Assembly (NCBI GenBank): GCA_002269645.1
Contig: NIVC01004689.1
Span: forward strand, 1-38,026
Reading direction: 5' to 3'
Length of the DNA: 38,026 nt
Source: Macrostomum lignano
Taxonomy: Eukaryota
This document shows, one piece after another, positions 22,560-31,900 of the stretch (the stretch's first letter is position 1; each line of letters starts with the position of its first letter). The position numbers and the translations under genes were made by a program. The notes under the pieces were generated by a model, which saw only the letters and a list, made by a program, of their open reading frames with translations, was not told the DNA's origin and did no database searches.

Positions 22560-23333
22560 AGAGTGCGCCAGATGGCGCCTTGCCAATGGTGTCGAGCGCC
22601 CCTGCGTCGCACAGCAGGCATTCCATGTGTCATGTGTCATGTGTCATGCGTCGCCACCGCCGACACACAGTGGTAGATAGACGTCGCTGCTGAGCCCCCT
22701 TGTACAGGGCTTCAGACCCCACGCTTCTGTCAGCTTTGTACAACTGGACAGTCTTGACCACCACCTACCACAACCGACTCCTGTGGCGGTCGGTCAGCGC
22801 TTCATACAGAAAGACGGCCCGGATGGATCGGTAGAGGCCGCCCGGGCATTATCTGCGATTTCCTTTACGTGGGGCACCAGACCAAAGAGGTAGGTGAACC
22901 GCTGGCAGCGCGCGAGCGTGGTCTCACGCTATTTTGGGCCTCATATGGTCTCCCAGCGACACCGGCGGATCGAGATTTGGGGCAGCGTGGCTGGGGCCAA
23001 CTGCTCTGCAGACAATAATTGCTCATGTATACATGTAAAGACTCGATGCAGTAGCCGTAAGCCTGCAGAAGCGGAGATGATTTGGGACCCATCAGTGAAT
23101 CAGTGGATTTTATGGGGTTTCCAGTTGTCCCTTGCCAGGAAGTTGTCCCTTCCTGTTCTCGCAGGCTGAGATCTCCGTGCGGCCGGAGGTTCCACTTTCT
23201 GAAAGCAAACTATACACCTCTTCTGGATAAGGAGGCCGTCGTCTAACAGTTCAAAGGGGGCCAAATGGGACATTCTCACGAAAGACCAATACCGCCCGCA
23301 TAGAGAGTTTATGAAATAATGCTCGAAATTCAT
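22560..23333 (-). mobile_element. Decayed retroelement (probably non-LTR) fragment with an RNase H-like domain
   Basis: The minus strand reads KIH*FTDGS (23108-23085; RNase H first motif TDGS), then SAEQLA. Across frameshifts it reads LVW/VPHV/KGN/EIADNARAA (~22885-22838), matching the WVPGH..I.GNE.AD..A motif. ECLLC (CxxC) lies near 22625-22610. Multiple stops and frameshifts. Confidence 0.5.
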
Positions 23334-23465
23334 TCATTTATCAAGCATAATAGAAAAAAGCTTGGATCTGAGTCAACCCTCCATCTTAAGGATTCTCTGA
23401 CTCCTTGCTAGTTCTTGGAAAAAAACACAGTGCACTTCTGCGATGCTTTTAAATATAGACAAGAC

Positions 23466-24512
23466 GGTGCAGGCACTCATTCTAGCGCCGCAGTCACTCA
23501 TTTTGGCGCCGCAGGCACTCATTTCAGCGCCGCAGTCACTCATTTCAGCGCTACGGGTATCATTTTGGTGCTGCAGGCACTCATTTAGCGCTACGGGTAT
23601 CATTTTGGTGCTGCAGGCACTCATTTAGCGCTACGGGTATCATTTTGGTGCTGCAGGCACTCATTTAGCGCCACGGGTATCATTTTGGTACTGCAGGCAC
23701 TCATTTTAGCGCCACGGGTACCATTTTGGTGCTGCAGGCACTCATTTTAGCGCCACGGGTATCATTTTGGTGCTGCAGGCACTCATTTAGCGCCACGGGT
23801 ATCATTTTGGTGCTGCAGGCACTCATTTTAGCGCCACGGGTATCATTTTGGTGCTGCAGGCACTCATTTAGCGCTACGGGTATCATTTTGGTGCTGCAGG
23901 CACTCATTTAGCGCCACGGGTACCATTTTGGTGCTGCAGGCACTCATTTTAGCGCCACGGGTATCATTTTGGTGCTGCAGGCACTCATTTTAGCGCCACG
24001 GGTATCATTTTGGTGCTGCAGGCACTCATTTTAGCGCCACGGGTACCATTTTGGTGCTGCAGGCACTCATTTTAGCGCCACGGGTATCATTTTGGTGCTG
24101 CAGGCACTCATTTAGCGCCACGGGTATCATTTTGGTGCTGCAGGCACTCATTTAGCGCCACGGGTATCATTTTGGTGCTGCAGACACTCATTTAGCGCCA
24201 CGGGTATCATTTTGGTGCTGCAGGCACTCATTTAGCGCCACGGGTACCATTTTGGTGCTGCAGGCACTCATTTAGCGCTACGGGTATCATTTTGGTGCTG
24301 CAGGCACTCATTTTAGCGCCACGGGTATCATTTTGGTGCTGCAGGCACTCATTTTAGCGCCACGGGTATCATTTTGGTGCTGCAGGCACTCATTTTAGCG
24401 CCACGGGTACCATTTTGGTGCTGCAGGCACTCATTTTAGCGCCACGGGTACCGTTTTGGTGCTGCAGGCACTCATTTTAGCGCCACGGGTACCATTTTGG
24501 TGCTGCAGGCAC
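23466..24512. repeat. 40/41-bp minisatellite GGTGCTGCAGGCACTCATTT(T)AGCGCCACGGGTATCATTTT, preceded by 21-bp monomers
   Basis: About 23 units at a 40-41 bp period; 23466-23550 has simpler 21-bp units. Confidence 0.95.
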
Positions 24513-24574
24513 TATGTTTTGTCGCCGTAATGCAAAAGTTTTCAAGCTTTTACTGGGGGGACATGTCCCTCTCT

Positions 24575-24765
24575 AGTGATTCTAGAACAAAAAAGATCAG
24601 TGATTCTAGAACAAAGATCAGTGATTCTAAAACAAAGATCAGTGATTCTAGAACAAAGATCAGTGATTCTAGAACAAAGATCAGTGATTCTAGAACAAAG
24701 ATCAGTGATTCTAGAACAAAGATCAGTGATTCTAGAACAAAGATTCTAGAACAAAGATCAGTGAT
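24575..24765. repeat. 21-bp minisatellite GATCAGTGATTCTAGAACAAA
   Basis: About 8 tandem units. Confidence 0.95.
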
Positions 24766-24997
24766 CAGGTGCACCGGAGCTCAGGTGCAAAATATTTTGT
24801 GTGCGGCAATCAATTCGTCAATTTAACAAGGCGAACTGAAATTAGAAACGCCTACTCATGCTGGCGAATAACCTTGCACAAAAAGATAATTGCGCCCCGC
24901 AGCAATTCTGTCTGGTGCTCAGCTGCACAAACATAAAAAGCGTGTCTAAGCTGAAATTATACCGCTCCAGGACTCTCCAGACACATCGTACTGAAAC

Positions 24998-25096
24998 ATG
25001 CAGTACGAGCGTACTCTGGTTGCTTTGCAGCAAGCGTTCTGGGTGGTGAGCCAGGCTAAAAAGTCTCACGTGGCTGAAGTATTGCTTACTGCATGT
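24998..25096 (+). CDS. Candidate upstream (first?) exon of the HELZ2-like gene, MQYERTLVALQQAFWVVSQAKKSHVAEVLLTAC
   Basis: ATG-initiated open stretch ending at a good donor TGT|gtgagc. No recognisable homology, and joining to 28942 would need a further phase 0-to-1 exon (possibly from ~27065). Confidence 0.2.
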
Positions 25097-25218
25097 GTGA
25101 GCTACCTGAGACGGGATGGAGAATCGATAGACTTCTCTTATAGAAAGCAACAAAAATATGAAAAAAACAGACACGAATACCTAAGGACCAGGGTACTTGA
25201 GTACCTTTCTCACGGTCT

Positions 25219-26186
25219 GTGGGTGACACAAGAGACAGTGGGTGACACAGGAGGTAGTGGGTGACACAGGAGGCAATGGGTGACACAAGGAGGCAGTGGG
25301 TGACACAAGATGCAGTGGGTGACACAGGAGGCAGTGGGTGACACAGGAGGCAGTGGGTGACACAGGAGGCAGTGGGTGACACACAGGAGGCAGTGGGTGA
25401 CACAGGAGGTAGTGGGTGACACAGGATGCAGTGGGTGACACAGGATGCAGTGGGTGACACAGGATGCAGTGGGTGACACAGGATGCAGTGGGTGGTACAA
25501 GAGGCAGTGGGTGACACAGGAGGCAGTGGGTGACACAAGGATGCAGTGGGTGACACAGGAGGTAGTGGGTGACACAGGAGGCAATGGGTGACACAAGGAG
25601 GCAGTGGGTGACACAAGATGCAGTGGGTGACACAGGAGGCAGTGGGTGACACAGGAGGCAGTGGGTGACACAGGAGGCAGTGGGTAACACAGGAGGCAGT
25701 GGGTGACACAAGATGCAGTGGGTGACACAGGAGGCAGTGAGTGACACAGGAGGCAGTGGGTGACACAGGAGGCAGTGGGTGACACAGGGGGCAGTGGGTG
25801 ACACAAGGATGCAGTGGGTGACACAGGAGGTAGTGGGTGACACAGGAGGCAATGGGTGACACAAGGAGGCAGTGGGTGACACAAGATGCAGTGGGTGACA
25901 CAGGAGGCAGTGGGTGACACAGGAGGCAGTGGGTGACACAGGAGGCAGTGGGTGACACAGGGGGCAGTGGGTGACACAAGGATGCAGTGGGTGACACAAG
26001 ATGCAGTGGGTGACACAAGAGGCAGTGGGTGACACAGGAGGCAGTGGGTGACACAGGAGGTGTGGGTGACACAGGAGGCAGTGGGTGACACAGGAGACAG
26101 TGGGTGACACAGGAGGCAATGGGTGACACAGGAGGCAGTGGGTGACACAGGAGGCAGTGGGTGACACAGGAGGCAGTGGGTGACAC
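25219..26186. repeat. 19-bp minisatellite CAGTGGGTGACACAGGAGG
   Basis: About 50 tandem units. Confidence 0.95.
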
Positions 26187-27649
26187 ATGTTCTTGACACA
26201 GGTAATTTTGCTTAGATTCTCGTAACTATGATTTTGAAGTTTTAAAAATAGCTTTGCAACAAGTAAATAGAAAAATATTTTCGTCCTATCGGTCGCAAAA
26301 TTTATTTTTTCTAACTCAATCAAGCGCAAACAACACACTCTCTTTTTTGCAATGAACGAGGGCGTGTAACGGGTCAGTTGTAGAAAATAAAGATCTACAA
26401 TTTTTGCATGCCAGTCTTTTGTTTCCAGGAAATACAGACTCAGACTTTCACAGTACACCATGAAAACTGAATTAAGCATTAGGGGTTAAAGTATTTTCGC
26501 TTGAAATCAAGCCAGACGGCTGACTTGTTATCGGAAAAAACAGCCGTATGAAGTGTGCCGCTTAGAGATGAAGCAACAGTGGAAATATCTGCTGCTAAGT
26601 ATCAGTCTGCTACTCACCCTAGCAAGGAATTCGTGCCATAGACATGCGTTTTGCAGCTAAATGGAAAAGGAGCTGATAGCTGCACTGCTATGGTCATGAA
26701 ACCAAACATTATCAGCCCCCTGAGAACACCCTACTTTGAGCCATAGACAATCGTTTTCAATCTATAGAGGCAGTCTCAGTTTTATCAGTAAGTTCGTAGC
26801 TGCTAAGGTTCGTCATGAAACCAAACTTCATGTAGCTGCGTCAATATACCAGGTACCAGTTGCTCATGAAATCGGTACCAGATGTTTTTAGAACTAAATT
26901 CCCAATATCTTACCTTCTGGACTTTAAATCTACTAATCAATTTTAATCAATCTACTTGTTCCATGCATTGCTACTTGAGAACGACAACCATGCAAGGGTA
27001 AATTCATTCAGTACAGATAAAGTGCAGATAAAGTGCTCAGCGTTTTCATGCTGATTGCCCTAAGATCCCTGCGGTTGAGCCTGAAGATGAGGGCTCTACG
27101 CAGGAGGATAGAGAGACCGGGGACGGCAGCTTGGGATTGCCTGCAATTCCAAGTGTCGGGCCACCTGTGGTGATGCTCGGAGTCTGCTTATCGACTGACG
27201 AGGAAGTTGATGAACAGGCGGGGATGGGGGCCCCTGGCTCAAGAAAAAATGCAGTAAAACTACTACTCGGAAGTTGCTAGTTTTCACACAATTTAGATTA
27301 GCAGACCGTAATTTAGCCTGCGAAACAATGAGGACTGCGAGACCAGAGATCCCTTACGAGGATCTTTTATTTCTACAAGCCATTTGCTAATTAGATAACT
27401 TTATAATTAGAACGTCTTTGCAGCAGTCTCTTGCACAGTGAAACAAACTATCTATAACTGCTACTTCTAGAATTTTGTTGACTTCGATAACCAGTAGTGT
27501 GGATAGCGAACTTTTTTATAAAATTGCTTCAACAACTCAACATTTTTCAAATAATATTTCGTTTCGCTTTCCATTTTGCATAGATTTCAATATTGCTAAA
27601 ACATTTGTCGCACCTCAAAAAACAAATTATTACCTTAACATTTTGCCAA

Positions 27650-27842
27650 AGGGGCTTTAGCACCAGGGCCTTTAGCACCAGGGGCTTTAGCACCAGGGCC
27701 TTTAGCACCAGGGCCTTTAGCACCAGGGGCTTTAGCACCAGGGCCTTTAGCACCAGGGGCTTTAGCACCAGGAACTTTAGCACCAGGGGCTTTAGCACTA
27801 GGGACATTAGCACCGCCACCAGGGGCTTTAGCACTAGGGATG
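27650..27842. repeat. 15-bp minisatellite GGGGCTTTAGCACCA
   Basis: About 12 tandem units. Confidence 0.9.
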
Positions 27843-28941
27843 CCAGTCCACCTAATGGTGTTTTGACGCATTTTTGCTGCATAAACATTAAACTTATCAC
27901 ATAAGCTTTTAACCTAAGGTAAAATCTCTTTACCACAGAAAAGTATAAAAATATTTGCATCTTCTGCAATCTTCTGCAAGCTCGTACTATTTGCATCTTA
28001 CATTGCATGTAAAGAAACTAATCCCAGACATAGACGGAACACATTTAAGAGCTGTTCTAGCTATAATCTAATGTACACTATTTGAGTGTACAGTTAGTTT
28101 CATCAGCTGATGCCGATGCCTCATTTCTAGCATGTACATTGCCAACCCCCTGTCTGCGATCGCTCGGCTAACGTACGCTGCTGATGCTATTTTTAGATTA
28201 TGCTAACGGAGAGGCAAAATTTCTTGGAAATTCCTAGTAAAAATGAGCCCAGACTGCACACACAAGACTTGAAAAGGAAAAATAATCTGCTAAAAGTTAA
28301 ACCTTGCTATTGGAGAGCTGTTTTATCGTATTTTTCATGCAGAGTTTTTTAAACAGTTCTCTAAAAATAGAAAATTTAACAAGTAAAAATGACTATCATG
28401 GGCTTTATGTTCAACTCTGGTGAGACGCACTATTATTACCCATTGAATACTGTACTTGTATACTTATTACTAATTTATATTATATCTTTTTAATAAAGTA
28501 CTTATTAAAGTAGGGCGCTACGCTTGACTTTTTAATAATAATCTCCGGTCTGGAGGCCTACCTGAAAGGTATATTTTTGTATCGCTATAATGCAGTTAGT
28601 TTAGTAGCGCTGAATCGGGAATCACCATAGACCAGTTCGGTCGATAACGAGTAAAGACCTCGATTTCTCGAGAATAAACTAGTTTATTCTTCAATGCTTT
28701 GTCTATGGTCAAAAGCTCCCTATCTCTATGATAGTTCGTTATATCGCTGACATAGCTTTCATGGCTGGACGATGTCTATGGTTTAAACCTCTATATTATT
28801 ATATTAATATGCATATATAACTGTGATAGATTGTTAACTTTCATATCGACAAGATTGTACAGATTTGCACTAATAGAAATGTTCTCTAATATTCGTAATC
28901 ATAATCATAAATGTATTTTATTTACAATATACATTACACAG

Positions 28942-31900
28942 AATGTCAAGCACTGCGCCAATGGGAATCGGAAGCTCTGTCCAAACAGAGTGACTTCATC
29001 GCCACAGATCGACTGACGTTTCTAACTGGTGTCGGCTCTGGCCAGCGACTTCGTTATCGAATACTCCCAGCAACTGAGTGGGAAGACCTTAGCCTAGTTG
29101 AGGCTGTGTTCTGTCTGATGAAGCTCAGGCATAGGAAACTGCTCAAAATGCGAGATACAAACACGATGGATGAGTTTAGGAACAAGCTGATGGATATTTG
29201 CGGCCTGGTATGTCCTCGTTTGGGATTCACGGTTGCTCTGTTTACATGTAGCTAGCCTCTCACCGCTGCGCCTCATTTCCTTCTATCTCTCACCCTGTCT
29301 CTCTCCCTGTCTCTCCCTGTCTCTCTCCCTGTATCTCCCTGTCTCTCTCTCTCCCTGTCTCTCCATGTCTCTCTCCCTGTATCTCCCTGTCTCTCTCTCC
29401 CTGTCTCTCTCCCTGTCTCTCCCTGTCTCTCCCTGTCTCTCTCCCTGTATCTCCCTTTCTCTCTCTCTCCCTGTCTCTCCATGTCTCTCTCCCTGTATCT
29501 CCCTTTCTCTCTCTCTCCCTGTCTCTCCATGTCTCTCTCCCTGTATCTCCCTTTCTCTCTCTCTCCCTGTCTCTCCATGTCTCTCTCCCTGTCTCTCCCT
29601 GTCTCTCCCTGTCTCTCTCCCTGTATCTCCCTTTCTCTCTCTCTCTCCCTGTCTCTCCATGTCTCTCTCCCTGTCTCTCTCCCTGTCTCTCCCTGTATCT
29701 CCCTGTCTCTCTCTCCCTGTCTCTCCCTGTCTCTCTCCCTGTTTCTCTCTCTCCCTGTTTCTCTTTCTCCCCATCTCTCACCCTGTCTCTCCCTTTCTCT
29801 CCCTGTCTCTCTCCCTATATCTCTCCCTGTCTCTCCCTGTCTCTCCCTGTCTCTCTCCCTGTATCTCCCTGTCTCTCTCCCTGTATCTCCGTCTCTCTCT
29901 CCCTATGTCTCCCCCTGTCTCTCTCCCTGTCTCTCTCCCTGTCTCTCTCCCTGTCTCTCTCCCTGTCTCTCTCCCTGTCTTCCTGTCTCTCTCCCTGTCT
30001 CTCTCCCTGTCCAATGGCGTCTCTCTATGTCTCTCCCTGTCTCTCCCCGTCTCTCTCCCTGTCTCTCCCTGTCTCTCCCTGTCTCTCTCCCTGTCTCTCC
30101 CTGTCTCTCCCTGTCTCTCTCCCTGTCTCTCCCTGTCTCTCCCTGTCTCTCCCCATCTTTCCCTCTCTCTCCTCTGCTTTTGCAGTCGGACAGAAACGGA
30201 AATGAAAGTAGCAGCAGCAGCGTATTCAGCAGTGAATGCAGCGGCGAAAGCAGCGGCGAAAGCAGCAATGACGAACAGAAAAGCGATTCAGCCGCAATGG
30301 CGTCAGCATTTCACCGTCTATTCGGTCTGAATATTCGGGTTCACCCCGGTAACGAAATGTACAATTATAAATTGTTAACTTTTGGCGACTGTAACAACGG
30401 CAATGACAGCGTTGATATCGGTCACGTGTATGGCACATTGTATGTGCCTCTGGACGGTGCACTGGCGCCTGGTTAGTAAGATGTTAATGCTGTTGTGATG
30501 AATGTTATAAACAGTATGTAGGCACACATATGCTGTCTATGGTCATAGCAGCAGCTAGTGGGTCAGCTGGGTTTATCAGAGTCTTCAACAAAATCATAAA
30601 CAGACTAATGTCATATGCATTGAACACGAGGTCATAAATATAGACACAATGCTATCGACATAGATTAGACACAATCCCATAGAAGTTGCAGCCATGGAGG
30701 AAAGAATATCTCTCCCTGTCCCTGTATAAAGAATCTTTCCTCAATGATTGCAGCCTCAGAAAACAAGGAATACATCATGGTCATAAATAAGCAATGGCAG
30801 ATGACCATAAAACTAAACGTTGTCATAAACAAAGAAGCAAACTAACAAAAAGCTTATGCAGGATCATAACCGCAGTTTATAACCCTGGTAAATCATACCC
30901 AACTCCAACCAGACTCAGTCGAGGCCGAACTGCGCAACCCCCTCTAAACCGATTGGTCGAACGAATCGCAGCGGAAATTCAAACCAATCGACAATTAAGC
31001 CAGAGTCATCGGAATTCGAACTCAAATTCAGATGAAGTTGACCCAGAGGTGGCGGCCGCGGCTCTGGCTGCGGCTCGAGCTAGCGAACTCAATCGCATCC
31101 TGAATCTGTTCGAAGGTGTCCAACAGTATGACGAATCGTGCGAACCGCCTGCCGTTTCTGTCAATGCCGATTTCAAGCGTCGTTTAGATGACGATCCGAC
31201 GCGATACCGACTGTGCACGGTTGAGTGCGTCAAGAACCGCTCAGGGCAGAGGTTCGGCGTGCCAGTCAATCGACAGGATGACGGACTGAATCAGATTCAA
31301 CTAAAAAACCCGGGCAGTTGGTTTCCTGGTGAACAGGTGTGGTATAATTAGTTATCGGTTGAGACTTTTACTCTACACTTAAGGCCAGTTTTTTGCTGAA
31401 AAACGCATCAACAACACAGGAAGACGTTTTTCTTTTTGGCACGCGTTTTGTTTAAGGTTAATTTTCATGTTTATGAAACTAATTCCATCTCCTATAGGGA
31501 ATCAATACTCAGATAAAATCATTTCCTAGATCAATTTGCAATTTGGAAGGTAAGAACGTTGAGACGACCTTTTTCAATTAGCAGGTGCTGGAAATTGATT
31601 ACAGATTTAGAGATTAGAGATTTTTGTTTTAGATGTCAGGCCTATTTGGCGTTGTACTAACCACAGTCAACTATGCTTAACTTCTTGCTAGTCTCGCTGA
31701 CCCTCTAACTAAGTACCGACTAATTAATGTTTCGTTAACTCAGGTGGTGGTGGAGCTCCTGGACCAGGTGCAACCCAACGGTGCATCCAAGGGCCGCGTC
31801 CTCGGCTACTACAAGCGCCAGTTGCGCTACAACTTCCTCGGCCACCAGCAGCTGCAGGAACTCCTGGCTGAGCAGCCGGATCGCTTCAAAATTTGCACTC

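Noticed and set aside
24842-25174. 110-aa minus-strand ORF with a hydrophobic N-terminus
   Set aside because: AT-rich, no recognisable motifs, no supporting splice or promoter signals.
162-26186. CRISPR-like appearance of the 19-41 bp arrays
   Set aside because: Units are head-to-tail with no unique spacers, the context is eukaryotic with introns, and there are no cas genes.
27635-27871. Collagen-like GAKAPGAKGP ORF
   Set aside because: It is a translation of the 15-bp minisatellite, with no Gly-X-Y triplet register and no gene structure.
28060-28112. Possible hammerhead ribozyme (CTGATGA on the minus strand followed by a TGTACACT/AGTGTACA hairpin)
   Set aside because: The conserved GAAA after stem II is absent and the other stems cannot be formed.
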